Assembly (NCBI GenBank): GCA_038087875.1 | Contig: JAXLNO010000269.1 | Location: 1-64,000 of the forward strand | Direction of reading: 5' to 3' | DNA: 64,000 nucleotides | Source: Malacoraja senta | Taxonomy: Eukaryota | Part shown: in pieces, positions 38,576 through 52,314 of the stretch | Layout of the letters: every line of letters begins with the position of its first letter | Position numbering within the stretch: position 1 is the first letter of the stretch | Made by a program: the position numbers and the translations under genes | The notes under the pieces: model-generated | Databases searched by the model: none | What the model was told of the DNA's origin: nothing | The model's input: the letters and a program-made list of their open reading frames with translations, nothing else

Positions 38576-40443
38576 TCTCTTTCTCAAAAGCCCATTTTTG
38601 GGAACATTTTCTCTTATTCCTAAGTTGCTTCTGTCCAATTCTCAGGAAAACACAAAGTTGGACAGAAACTGGCAGATTGCTTGATTTTGACTATGAAGAA
38701 TTCCTCAAACATGGATGAATTATTGAACTTCAACAACACAACCAAACAAACACATGATGGGATGCCTAGAAAAATGATTTAAAACCAGTATGAAATCCTA
38801 CTTTTTCCCCTGAACTAAATAACATGGAAACCCTTAGACATTTACCTGCGGGTCAGATTTGATTCCCCAGCATTTCTGTTTTCCTCATGTGTGCTGATAT
38901 GTGTGTGTTGAACAATCTACTTGCGAACTGAATGGGTCCGGTCAATAAAAAACACAATTATTTGACTTTAATTAAACTGCAAACAAAACATTCCAGACGA
39001 TGTATCCTTCTTGGGATCATGCCATCCCTAGCCAACAATTGGCCTATCAGGGAACCACCCTGCCTGAGGTAATCTGTTGCCAGTCCTGATTTGTCCAGGT
39101 CTTTTCTTGCTTCCAGTCCCCTTACCACCCAAAAGGCCACCTATGCCTTTTCTCCAGAGATGCTGCCTGACCCGCTGAGTTACTCCAGCAGTCTGTGTCC
39201 ATCTTTCGTCTAAAACAGCTGATCCGTTGTGGGTTAATTCTGTTAGTGCATGTGTGGCTGAGTGAATGTATCTGCAGGTGGGTTTATATATGCACATGTT
39301 CATGTGCATGTGCACCTGTGCAAGAGAGACTGTGAAGTTGCATCACAAGTGCAAGAGTTGGGCCATGTGTGAATTAACGTGTATGCACATGGGGTGGGGA
39401 ATATGTCTTTGAATGTGTGTGTGAGTGTGAGTACATATGCACATGTATGAATGTGTTTGCAAGTGTAAGAACAACATTAGTGTACAAGGCAGCGCAGTGG
39501 CGCAGCGCAAGAGGCGGTACACACATTCCAAGGACGTACAGGTTTGTCAGTTAATTGGCTTATGTAAATAATTCTCTCTCTTTCTCTCTCTTTACCTATC
39601 CCCGTCTTTCTCTCTCCCTTTCTCCCCCTCTCGATCTAGAATTCCAAGTTTTTATTTCTGTTTTGTTAACTTTTCACTTGCCAATTAACCTGGCTCACCC
39701 TGATATGGAGTCCTCTCGAACAAATTCGGGGGAAATACATAAACTCCAGCCAGTGTATCCATGTTAAAAAATCTTAGTTGCTTGCTTTCTGTAAAGCCCA
39801 CACATCCAGCTGTTTCAGCAAAATGGGGCAGCTAACTGGTTTTAACTGCGTTAATTTTCAGCCATCCCATGCACCCTTTATTATTTGTTTGATACTCCTT
39901 CTCCTTAGAAGAGACCAGCATAGACACACTGTTCTAACTCTCTCTGAACTCCTTTGCACAAGTTCTCAATGGAATGTTTGGTTTTGCAGTAAATTGTTCA
40001 GTGAATGCAGGCTGGAAACTTGTTTGGTTTGGCCATGGCTTCGCAGCAGCGGTCATGAACTGTGGAAGGATGATGCACAGTGACGCTCGATTCTCATTCT
40101 CTCGCCACAGGCTTTAACTTTTATTTCTCTGCTGGGTTAATGATACAGTATTAGCATTAAACCAGCCCACATGCAAAATGCAAACTTCCAAGTCAAACAA
40201 CATTTCCTGAGTACACAACCAGTTCCTGGCATGAAAACATCTTCTTGTTATAAATCCAGCATCTCCTTCTATCATGAGTTCATATGTTCATAAGTTATAG
40301 GAGCAGAATTAGGCCATTTGGCCCATCAAGTCTACCCCATTCTCCTGCCATCTCCCCATAACTCCTTGACATCCTTACTAATCAAGAATCTCCACCTTAC
40401 AAATGCCCAATGCCTTGGCCTCCGCAACCATCTGTGGCAATGA

Positions 40444-42120
40444 AGTCAAGTCAAGTCACATTTATTTATATAGCACATTTAAAAAACAACTCTCGTTGGC
40501 CAAAGTGCTTTACATTTGTTATAAGAATAATATAAACAAACAAACTACATACATATATACATGTAGCCCTCACTCAGAGGACGTCAAGAAAGGCTTGGGT
40601 GTATAGATAAGTTTTTAGTTTTGACTTAAAGGAGTCGATGGAGGGGGCAGTTCTGATGGTAAGGGGGATGCTGTTCCACAGTCTAGGGGCTGCAACCGCA
40701 AAGGCGCTGTCGCCCCTGAGCTTATGCCTAGACCGCAAGATATTCAGCAACCCCAAGTCGGCCGATCTGAGGGACCTGGAGGTGGAGTGGTGGGTGAGAA
40801 GACTTTTAATGAAGGTGGGGGCAAGCCCATTGAGGGCTTTGTAGACATGGAGGAGGATCTTGAAATGTATACGGAACCGCACAGTGGAGTGAGGCCAGGA
40901 TCGGGGTGATGTGGTCCCTTTTTCGGGTGCCCGTCAGGAGTCTCGCTGCGGCGTTTTGGACCAGTTGGAGGCGGGACACGGAAGATTGGCTAATGCCAGT
41001 GTAAAGGGAGTTGCAGTAATCTAGGCGGGAGGAGATAAATGTGTGGATGATCTTTTCGAGGTCATCAAAGTGGAGGAATTGTTTTATTTTAGCTATCGTC
41101 CGAAGCTGAAAGAAGCTAGCTTTTACCACGGCATTGACTTGTTTGTCAAATTTCAGTGCTGAGTCAAATATCACGGCAAGGTTTTTGACGTGAGGTTTGA
41201 GTAGTGGGGTAAGGCTTCCAAGGCTGCCTGCTATCATTTTGATTGAGTCCGAGGGGCCGAGAAGGATGACCTCAGACTTACTCTCGTTTAGTTGGAGGAA
41301 GTTCTGAGCCATCCAACACTTTATATCCTCGAGGCAGCGGGTAAGGTTAAGCAGATTTGATTGGTTTTTGGGCTTCAGGGGAGATAGAGTTGTGTATCGT
41401 CTGTGTAGCAATGGAAGGAAATGTCATGCCTTTCAATGACTTGGCCTAAGGGGAGAATATACAGGGAGAGGAGAATGGGGCCAAGGATGGAACCTTGTGG
41501 AACCCCACAGCAGAGATTAGCTGGGGAGGAGAAAGTTGCCTATGTTAGTCGAGAACCTCCTACCTTTGAGGTAGGAGATGAACCAGCTCAGGGCAGTGCC
41601 ATCAATACCAACCCCGTACCGGAGACGGTCAATTAGGATGGTGTGGTCGACAGTATCAAATGCTGCACTGAGGTCAAGAAGGAGCAGGATTGCATAGTCG
41701 CCGGAGTCAACGGTGAGCAGTAGGTCATTATGTACCTTCAACAAGGCAGACTCTGTGCTGTGGTGAGCCCTGAAACCTGATTGGAAAGTTTCCAAGATAG
41801 TGTTTTGGTGAACGTAAGGCATAAGTTGACTTAAAATTACCGTTTCAAGGGCTTTTGAGAGGAAAGGCAGTTTAGAAATGGGTCTGAAGTTGCTTGGCAA
41901 GGTGGGGTCGAGGTTAGGTTTTTTCAGGAGTGGCTGGACCACCGCATGCTTGTAGCAGGTAGATACAGTGCCAGTGGCCAGAGGTTGAAGATGGCGAGGA
42001 TGCTGGGACCGGCTGTTGTAATGACGTCCTTTAGGAGGGTAGAGGGGACAGTGTCGAGGGGGGTAGTAGGTTTCATGGCGGTGATCAGTTTTACAAGGGA
42101 GGGTAGAGTAACGGGATGGA
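40444..42120 (-). mobile_element. L2-clade LINE, 5'-truncated and frameshifted
   Basis: RT motifs QPLLKKPNLD...NFRPISKLPFLSK...FQSGFRAHHSTESAL...LLLLDLSAAFDTVDH and SRLDYCNSL...QNAAARLL; (TGACT)n tail at about 40444-40458. Confidence 0.9.
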
Positions 42121-43794
42121 TCCTAATTCTGCTCCTATCACTTATGACCTAATGAATTGATTGCTTGCCAATTTCATAGAACGACTCTTATGAAATTGAC
42201 AAGCAATGTTGTACAGCACAGACACAGGCTTTTTGGCCCATTATGTCCATACCAACCAAGTTAGTCCCACCTGCCTGCATTTGGCCCATTGCCCTCTACA
42301 CCCATCCTACCCATATATCTGTCCAAAACACAAACTACTGGAGTAACTCAGCAGTCCAAGCAGCATTAGTGGAGGGAACAGAGGCACCATTTGAGATCAG
42401 GACCCTTTTTCAGACTTTACTATCCCCCGCCCCCCTTGCATTCAACCTAACCATATACTTTCCACTTGCATTCAGAGTCTGATGGGTCCAAACCCGAAAT
42501 GTCACTTTACCGTACTGTTCCTTTAATATCACAGGCTTTAACATTCTATTCAATCTTACTCTGCCAAAATACCATTTAAATAGTCCAACAAATATTTCAG
42601 CAATTTTTTATCCTCACCAAAAATAAATTCGGCACAGACAATGTGGGCCAAAGGGCCTGCTCCTGTGCTGTACTTTATGTCCAATGCTTTAAATGGTATC
42701 TATCCAAATTAAAATGACTCGTTAAAAAGTGCGTAAAGAGCCATACAAGTTCCAAAAATATGTTTAGTTAATTGATCTTTGAAGCTGCACTTGAGTTGAC
42801 ATATTTTAATTTCAACTTCAAATTTCCCGTTAACAACCACTAGGTAATGTAGAAAACAATATGAAGCTAATAATCTTCACGAAGAAAGCTAGAGGAAATA
42901 AAAACAATTACTAAAATGTCTTGTACATTTAATTCTTTGGAGTATTTACTTACTTTAAAACGTTTCAGAGAAGTTGACAGCATATTCGCAGTCTATGCAC
43001 GATGCATGATAGATACACCAGGCAGAAAGACAAGACACAGTAATAGCATCCTGGAGTGAAATGTGCTTTTAAATAGCATCTTAACATACCCCAAGTAAGT
43101 CATAAGATCCTAAATTCTGAAGGTTTGGCAGGTGAATGTTAAGAGTTGTTTCCATTAACTTTCCCAGAACAAGAGGTTATGGGCTTTGGATATGGTTTTG
43201 GCCACATTATCAGCTTACAAACTGAAGGGCTGACAAACAGCATGAAACATCTTATACATTTTTTTATTGGTTCTGATTAAAGAACAAGTGCTGTCCAAAA
43301 TACCAGGAGAAACACGATTTTAAAAAAAAATTAATATAAATAGTTTTAGGTGATCCTTTTTTGCCCGTCTAATCCATGCAGAGAAGACCTTGATCTGATG
43401 TGTCATTCTAAACACAGCAACATACACAATAAAGGCAATGCAGTGAAGTTCAGTTTAAATGATGTGCCAAGTCGTGATGCACTGCATGATCCAAAATACA
43501 TACTAGTTGTTAAATATTAAGCTGCCATGAATCACAAGGATTTCTACAGGGAAGGGCACAAGAAAGGCAAAGAGCATGAATTTTCTTTCCAACCTCCCCG
43601 ATAAGTGTAGGCCTGATACAGCGAATAGGCCCATGCCTTACACAAGTGCTATTTGCAGCACTGTATTAAACATTAAAACTCACCAGAGCTTCTCCACAGA
43701 TGAGCTACAGATTCCAGAAATAACACTAATACTTTGCATTATTGATATCCAACTGAAAATTGAGTTAGGTTTAATTTGTTTTTCATTTTACAGA

Positions 43795-45409
43795 CAGTGC
43801 CCTCCATAATGTTTGGGACAAAGACCCATCATTTATTTATTTGCCTCTGTACTCCACAATTTGAGATTTGTAATAGAAAATAAATCACATGTGGTCAAAG
43901 TGCACATTGTCAGATTTTATCAAAGGAAATTTTTATACATTTTGGTTTTGCCATGTAGAAATTACAGCTGTGTTTATATATAGTCCCGTCCCGTTCCCCC
44001 CCCCCCCCTCCCCCAATTTCAGGGCACCATAATGGTTTGGGACAAATGGCTTCACAGGCGTTTGTAATTGCTCAGGTACGTTCAATTGCCTCCTTAATTC
44101 AGGTATAAGAGAGCTCTCAGCACCTAGTCTTTCCATCACCTTTGGATACTTTTATTGTTGTTTATCAACACGAGGATCAAGGTTGTGCGAATGAAAGTCA
44201 AAGCAGCCATTATGAGACAGAGAAACAAGAATAAAACTGTTAGAGACATCAGCCAAAACCTTAGGCTTACCAAAATCAACTGTTTGGAACATCATTAAGA
44301 AGAAAGAGAGCACTGGTGAGCTTACTAATCACTAAGGGACTGACAGGCCCTCCACAGCTGAAGACAAGAATTCTCTCTATAATAAAGAAAAATCCCCAAT
44401 CACCTGTCCGACAGATCAGAAACACTCTTCAGGAGTCAGGTGTAGATTTGTCAATGACCACTGTCCACAGAAGACTTAATGAACAGAAATACAGAGGCTG
44501 CACTGCAAGCCGCAAAAATAGGATGGCCAAGTTACAGTTTGCCAAGAAGTACTTAAAAGAGCAACCACAGTTCTGGAAAAAGGTCTTGTGCACAGATGAG
44601 ACGAAGATTAACTTACATCAGAGTGATGGCAAGAGCAAAGTATGGAGGAGAGAAGGAACTGCCCAAGATCCAAAGCATACCACCTCATCTGTGAAACACG
44701 GTGGTGGGGGTGTTATGGCCTGGGCATGTATGGCTGCTGAAGGTACTGGCTCACTTATCGTCATTGATGATACAACTGCTGATGGTAGTAGCATAATGAA
44801 TTCTGAAGTGTGGGGACACATCTTCATTGATAATACAGCTGCTGATGGTGGAGGCATGATGAATTCTATTGTGATAGATACATCCTATCGGCTCAAGTTC
44901 AAACAAATGCCTCAAAACTCATTGGCCAGCAGTTCATTCTACAGCAAGACAATGATCTCAAACATACTGCTAAAGCACACAGGAGTTTTTCAAAGCTAAT
45001 AAATGGTCAATTCTTGAGTGGCCAAGAATTCCCCCCAAAACAAGCATATGCTAAAGATGGCAGAGCATCACGAGAAGACACCCAGCAACCGGTGATGTCC
45101 ATGAACCGCAGACTTCAAGCAGTTATTGCATGCAAAGGATATGCAACAAAATACTAAACATGACTACTTTCATTTACATTATATTGTTGTCCGAAACATT
45201 ATGGTGCCCTAAAATGGGGGGACAATGTATAAACACTGCTGTAATTTCCACATGGTGAAACCAAAATGTATAAAAATGGCCTTTATTACAATCTGACAAC
45301 GTGCACTTTAACCACATGTGAATTTTTCTATTACAAATCTCAAATTGTGGAGTACAGAGGCAAATAAATAAATGATGGGTCTTTGTTCCAAACATTATGG
45401 AGGGCACTG
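43795..45409 (+). mobile_element. Tc1/mariner transposon, IR/DR type, inactive
   Basis: TIRs of about 220-250 bp starting CAGTGC, with inner and outer CCATAATGTTTGGGACA repeats. TA on the right flank (left flank is GA). Contains a transposase remnant. Confidence 0.92.
44167..45160 (+). pseudogene. Tc1 DD34E transposase pseudogene
   Basis: FWKKVLCTDETKINL...SVKHGGGGVMAWACM; frameshifts; the SPDLNPIE/third catalytic residue region is deleted near 45025. Confidence 0.88.
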
Positions 45410-45419
45410 TAGATGCATA

Positions 45420-45850
45420 GATACATAGACAATAGGTGCAGGAGTAGGTCATTCGATCATGGCTGATCATCGACAATCAGTACCCCGATCGTGCCTTCTC
45501 CCCATACCACTTGATTCCGCTAGCCCTAAGAGCTCTTTCTAACTCTCTTTTGAATGCATCCAGTTAATCGCCTCCATTGCCTTCTGAGGCCGAGAATTGC
45601 ACAAATTCACAACTCTTTGTGAAAAAGTTTTTCCTCATCTCAGTTCTAAATGGCCTACCCCTTATTCTTAAACTGTGGTCCCTGGTTCTGGACTCCCCCA
45701 ACATCGGGAACATGTTTCCTGCATCTAACGTGTTCAATCCCTTAATAATTTTATATGTTTCTATAAGATCCCCTCACATCCTTCTAAATTCTAGTGAATA
45801 CAAGCCCAGTCGCTCCATTCTTTCATCATATGACAGTCCCGCCATCCCGG
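45420..45850 (-). mobile_element. CR1 3' fragment
   Basis: Same family as 33855-34455. Confidence 0.85.
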
Positions 45851-46079
45851 CTTATAGAGCTTATGTTTTGAAATGCTCTAGAACATTCACTGGCAAATCT
45901 ATAGGTCATTAAATTAGTTAAAACAGTTGATCTGCTAATTGGTGCTGAAGTGCTTCTCATTTTAAAAAAAACTGCAATAAAATGATTTGTAAAGGGCATC
46001 ATTTACAAATATTATTCATTTTATAGTCGTTGTATGGTCTACTATTACATACAGACATAAAACATCTCAAAACCCATCC

Positions 46080-46560
46080 CTCAACTGCAAGGTTCAAGTC
46101 AGGAGAGTGATGGAATACCATCTACTTGCATGGATGAGTACAGCTTTAACAACAGTCAAGCAGCTCAAGATATAGGACATGGGTCAAGAAGCTCCACATC
46201 ATATCGGACATAGCCACCTACTTGATCAGCACACCATTTACAACCATTCATACACTACCAATGCACAGTAGCATCAATTTATACTATCTACAGGATGCAG
46301 CAACTTTCCCAGACTTCTTAAACAGCATCTACCACCTCTATCAACTAAAAGGAGGCAGCAAAGTATGAGAACACCATCACCTGGAAATTGCCCTCCTAGC
46401 CATGCATTATCCTGACTTGGAAATATACCGTCATTTCCTTCATCGTCGCTGGGTCACAACATGAACTCCCTCTCTAACAGTGTTGTGGATATACCCACAC
46501 CAAGGACTGTCATTAATGCTGGCCCAGCCTTTGAAGCCCACATCCCTTGAATGAATAAAG
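46080..46560 (+). mobile_element. Old non-LTR LINE 3' remnant (CR1 group)
   Basis: KVQVRRVMEY...AWMSTA...KKLHII-like decayed RT tail ending GAATGAATAAA. Confidence 0.5.
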
Positions 46561-49158
46561 AAGTACTATTACTTTTAAACACATGTCCACAAAGTTAGTT
46601 GTGTTTAGAGAATGAAGCATCATTTGCAAGTTAACAATTTGCATAGTGGAAGTGCAGCGACTTTCTTTTATTTAGAATTGGTCAAATTCAGCAAGAAAAT
46701 ATACAACATTAAGGCAGGAGATAAGTTCAAGGAACAAAATTAGGCCATTCGGCCTATCAAGTCTACTCCGCCATTCAATCATGGCTGATCTATCTTTCCC
46801 TCTCAACCCCATTCTCCTGCCTTCTCCACATAACGCCTGACACCGTACTAATCAAGAATCTTCATAATTTGTACAATTATGACATTGTCTTCATTTTGAC
46901 TGATAGGAATACAAGGCTTGTACCTAAATACGTAAACTCTAACGCTTATTTAAAAAGCAAGGAAGCTCCCCTGGTGCATTGACTAATTATCCCTCACCTA
47001 ACAATACAAATGAGTGAGCAGATACACAAATTCATTAAAATCTGTGATACATGTTAATAAGGGTAGAAAAAAAGGGGTTCATTTCTGTAATGGTGTTTAA
47101 TACAATGAAAGGATTTGATAAAGTAGCAGAAGATGGATTAGCAGGTTTCCATTTGGATAAGACCACAGGTAAAAATCAATGCAAAATAATAACCGCTGTT
47201 GAATTTAGAAGAAAATACTTTACACTACAAATGATAATATGGAACTCACTATCACATGATGTATTTAATAGAAACCTAAAAAGAATCAAAAGGATGCATT
47301 GAAGGAAAGAAAGACTTGTGTTGAGTATAAACACATGAACTAGGGAAGCTGAATGGCTTACCAGAGTGCTGTAAACAAAATATAAAAAGTAAAATTAAAT
47401 GCAAGCTTCAATTTTCACAGGGAAAATAAATGAAATTTTCAGCAGCCAAGCACACCAATCTCCACTAAAACTACACAAAATCGTTATCAATAAGATCATT
47501 GAAACATGGCTTGGGCACCAAACATTAAAACGCATCTTTTTGCCCTGCACATAACAAAACAGATTTCTTGGAGAAAGTATATAAATAAAAACTACAAACA
47601 ACTGCTAAAGAAAACACATTAAAAATCAGGTTTTAGCTTACAGATGTTAGCCAACATTAGTCCAATGTAAATTTAACTGCCCATTTCACCATCAGTGCTG
47701 TTACTGCCAAACTTGGAATAATAAGTAATTTTTGAGTTTTATGACAAATAAAAACTATATCTATAAAAATGTGTCAAATTAGAGGGCAAATATACTTGTG
47801 GAGTTGTGTGAGCTTGTAGGATGCTTAAGCTTTACGGTCCATGAACAACAGCTTGTTTTATGCAGCAGAGTGGTAAAAGGTGCATTATCAAACAAAAAAT
47901 TAAACAAAAAGGTAGTGTAGATCAGAAAACAGTTTCAAGTATTAGGGTCTAAAAAATATCTTAAAAGGAGGAAAGAGAAGTAAAGAGCCCAGATGACTTA
48001 GAAAATAAATTCTAGAGATAGTGGGCTTGACATACAGATATGAATGATGTTTGACAGCAATTGGGCTTGAGTTATACAGAGAGGTTGGATATGCCTTGGA
48101 GCATAGGAGGCTGTGGGATGACCTTGTTGAGGTGTACAAGATCATGATGGACGGATAAAGTGAACACTCACAGTCATTTCCACGGGGTAAAGGATTCTAA
48201 ATCCAGAGGCCATAGGCGCAAGGTGAGAAGGGAGTTTAACACGGACCTCAGGAGCATTTATTCATTCCCCTTAGTGGGTTTCCCTATTTAGAATAAGCAG
48301 CCAAAGTTACAGAAGCGGATAAAATCACAGCTTTTTGAAAAGACATTTGGACACATAAAAAGATAGGAAATTGAGACAAACAAAGAATCAAAATTAGAGC
48401 AAAACGGGTTTGAAGGGTGTTGAAGCTGGAGAACATTGCAGAGTTAATGTAAAGTGGCTGAATTATTAACAAAAAATTTTAAAAATCTAAGTTTTACCTA
48501 ACTGGTAGCCGATACAAGTCATCAAGCATAGAGGTATGCAAGCTGGGAGATAGAGTTATGGATAACTTCATTTACAGAGGATCGCACAGGAAAGGCTGGT
48601 AAGGAGTTCACATCATAAATGCCAACCGTTGAAATGTACGCAGCTCAGTTGAGGCAGGCAGAGACAAATATTGTCTTATTCTCACCTTGGGATAAAAATA
48701 TAATCGCAAAGATTCCAAACAGCCTGGTACAGCTTCAAACCATGGCCAGGAAGATGGACCAGATTAAAACACGATGAGATTGCAGTAGGTACATTACAAA
48801 GACATCACCATTTTCAAAAGCTGAAAAAAGAAAATCAAATTAGTGGGACTGGGGCAGTATTAGGTCTCGCATATACGCAGCCAATGGTGTAACCAATGAT
48901 GTTGATGAACAGAAGGCATGAATAAAAAAATTAGTGTGTTAGTGTTAAAGTGTCTGTTCAGTTGCCCTAATGTGGTTAATGGGACAACTACTAGATATAA
49001 ACCTCTGATAATGGCACTTGCTATTTTAAGAGACAAACTGACAAACTTAATTATCAAACTCACTAACAGTGGAAGTAATGCAGAATTGTTGGAGTAATAC
49101 GCTTCAAATATCCAAATTATAATAAGAGGAAAAAGCAGTGTCAGACTTGATGCTTAGT

Positions 49159-49306
49159 CACGCACTTACTATCTTATCTAACTCTTTCTATTTTTCTTCT
49201 TTTTAAAGTTTAAAATAAGAAGTGGTACAGGAAATGTATTATGTTATTTTTGGCTGATATCACTGCAATGTACACTACTTCTAATAAATAAAAAAAAAAT
49301 TTAAAG
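49159..49306 (+). mobile_element. Very short L1 3'-UTR insertion
   Basis: Similar to the 3' ends at 28200-28370 and 30900-31080; 13-bp TSD CTTGATGCTTAGT (49146-49158, 49307-49319). Confidence 0.75.
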
Positions 49307-49989
49307 CTTGATGCTTAGTTGGTGCTGATTTGAACCAGTGTGGCAAAAATTGATCAATAAGCAATTGCAATGCCTTGGTTAAAAGAAGCAGCATAGGTCA
49401 TTTCTAACATTGAACAAAATTTAATACACAAGGAAGAAATCAAATAAGAATAGAATCAGGATTGGATGTGATCCGCTTATAGAGTTTGTTCATGTTAACT
49501 TAATTCATGAGAAACTGTTTGAGTTAAGTACACAAAGGAAAAAAAATAGAAAAGTGAAAAATACAGAATAAATATCTTCATTCAGTGAACATGTTGGCTG
49601 CATATACGCAGAATAAAATGAAATCAAACAGAGACTGTAAGCACATTCTATTATTTCTCAGCATAGAAACTGAATTTGGAACGGAAAACAAAGAAAGTGA
49701 GATGACCGGGGAAGCAGAATTTCAGTTGCAAATTTTTCTCCTTAGAGAAACAAGGAAGAGATTTGAAGAGGTTTAGATGGCAAAGAGAAAGCGGTATGAT
49801 ACATAGATTGGTTGGTATCTGGGGCGCCAAAGAACCAATGCAGATAAAGAGAAAATGCTTTAACAGAGTTATGAGAAGTTGGAATGTACTAGCTAAACTG
49901 GTTGCTAAACCAAATTTAATAGTAACTTTGAAAAAAGGGTATAAATAATTTAATGAGAAATAATTCTAACCATATGGGGGAAAATATAT

Positions 49990-50385
49990 GCATATTTTAT
50001 ATTGCCTTTCACCATCTCAGAACATCTTAAAGAATTGCAACCTATTAAGCACTTTAATAGCTATTATGCAGGAAACAGCAAGTAACCTGCACAAATACAC
50101 TCCCCAAACAGTCAACTTAATGACCAGGCATTGCTTTAATCATTTTAACTGGTATCCTGGTCTTTATCCTTCAGTGATTACTTGCCTGCCTTTCTTCAAA
50201 ATAGTGCTATATCTTTATTGTCCACCTGAGCCATAACGCAGATCCTCAGTGTTACTTCTTGACTGAGGCAACACCTCCCACAGTGCAGCACTTAGTGGAG
50301 TGCCAGTCAAGACTCTTGTACTCAAGTCTCTGGAGAAGGGCTTGAACCCACACCACCTGATTTATACAAGTGTGCTGTCAACTGA
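49990..50385 (-). mobile_element. Ancient DeuSINE (SacSINE1-like), near full length
   Basis: Minus strand has a tRNA-like head (TCAGTTGACAGCAC...GTGGGTTCAAG), a Deu-domain-like TGCTGCACTGTGGGAGGTG...CTCAGGTGGAC...GCACTATTTTGAAGAA, and a GGTGAAAGGCAATATAAA tail. Identified from recall. Confidence 0.65.
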
Positions 50386-51112
50386 ATGGAAATAATTGAA
50401 TAGCTCTTCAGAGAGGGTATGGACATAATAGTCCGAATGCCCACTGCCTATTCAAATCATTCTACGATTAAATGTGTGATGCAGATGTTCTTTAATCTTT
50501 CCAATTGCTTTATTCCTGAGTTTATTCTTGGAGCATTCAACAGCATGCAGCAGATCCCTTTTCAATTTATTTCTAACCTTTTCCATTAAAATTTTGTTTA
50601 ATTATTCTTAAAAACAGTAATTACTTAATTCTGTTGGAGAAATTATAGGTGATGCTGATGAAGTCTAGGAGAAAGATGTGTGATACACCACAGTATTAGA
50701 CATCTTAGTCTTGCAGTTTCACAATATACTAGTAGATTTTAAACATCATTTTGACAGTTAATCTCAGTGCAGATCTAGGTAAAATCAATCATTTTACACT
50801 TCACCAATATTAAGATTTAGGAGACCTAGTATATTTGCATGCTACCGACTTACAACACCGCCAAACCTTTAGTTGGCCACCCTGCAACCACAATATTCCA
50901 TGCTACTTTCCAAATAGGACTACATTAGCCTACTTCCAAACATAACCAAAGAGCCTCTTTCAATTATTTTTCTTCATGCTACTAACGCCTGCATCCATCC
51001 ATCCTTTGTTATTTTTAATTCAAAGCCTCGCAAATAATTAGTTCTGGCCCCCATTTGCACACTGTAGTTCAGTATCATCCAAGCCAGGGCATCAGATTCC
51101 ATTTGTAGATAC

Positions 51113-52314
51113 CAGGCACGTGCCGTGAGTAATTACTCAGGGTAGGCAGTCAGTCGGCTTTAAAAAAAAATCGTAAACCGTGCATGCACAGATTGTTCTC
51201 CTCTCCGTAAAAATACAGTATAAAAATAAAGAAAGTAACAATTCTGAATTATTGAATGGGTGGGGGTGGAGGGTGACGGCAGGTGGAGAGATGGTGGGAA
51301 AAATGGGAGCACACCGGGACAAGTTGAATCAGTTGTGATCTTATTGAATGACAATACTAGTTCAAGGAACCAATTGGGGGGAGAGTTCCTTTCACAGCAT
51401 GTGGTGAATCTGGCCAGGGGTAAAGTTGCGGGGAGGGCAGGAGCGTTGAGAAGGAGGGGGTCGGGGCCAGCAACTCACTCACTCACCGCTGCCGCGGCGC
51501 TCCGGGCGCGGAGCCACAGCATTATGGCCGGGGAGGGAAGTAGCTCGGGTGGCTGCGAGTGGCCGCCGGACCTCAGTGCCTTCTGCCGGCCAGCTCACCT
51601 CTGGCAGTGTTCTCCGTCTGAACAGCGAGGGGACCAGCTCAAGAGCAAAGATCATAGAGCGGAGCGGGTCAGCGGGCGATGGATAACAGGACAGCGGGCA
51701 GTGGAGCTTACTCCTGTGTCCGCGCGAACAAGGGACCAATTGAGGTTACTCGCACTGACACATGGAGTAAGCTCCACCGCCCGCTGTCCTGTTATCGATC
51801 GCCCGCTGACCCGCTCTTGAGCTGGTTGCTCTGGCATGATCCCGACCCCGTCCTTCTCAACGCTCCTGCCCTCCCGCAACTTTACCGCTGCCCAGACTCC
51901 CCACATGCTGTGAAAAGAACTCTTCCCCCCACAGCGGCGCTGTCCTTTTACAGCCGCTTCCCACTTTACAGCCACTTGCGCAGCACATGCGCAGTAGGCT
52001 GCTGCGCATGCGCAGTAGGCTGCTGCGCATGCGCAGTACAGTCCACGCTGCAAAGGCAGAATTTCAGCTGCCTTCAGCTCTGCTTGAAATTGACGGCTTG
52101 AAGCAGCGTCCACGGCACGTGTGCTGCACACGCTTTCCCGTATTACGTGTACTACGCATGAAAGGTACGGAGAATTATGCCTACCTAAGAGATCAATCTC
52201 TTAGGTAGGCATAATTCTTCCATGCCTTTACTATTTATATTTAATAATTATCATTTTATAATTTTAGTCAGGGTAAGCAGTGCCTACCTTGCCTACCCTG
52301 ACGGCACGTGCCTG
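51113..52314. mobile_element. Non-autonomous hAT transposon with internal palindromes
   Basis: Perfect 14-bp TIR CAGGCACGTGCCGT/ACGGCACGTGCCTG; 8-bp TSD GTAGATAC/GTAAATAC; repeated subterminal GGTAGGCA. Confidence 0.88.
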
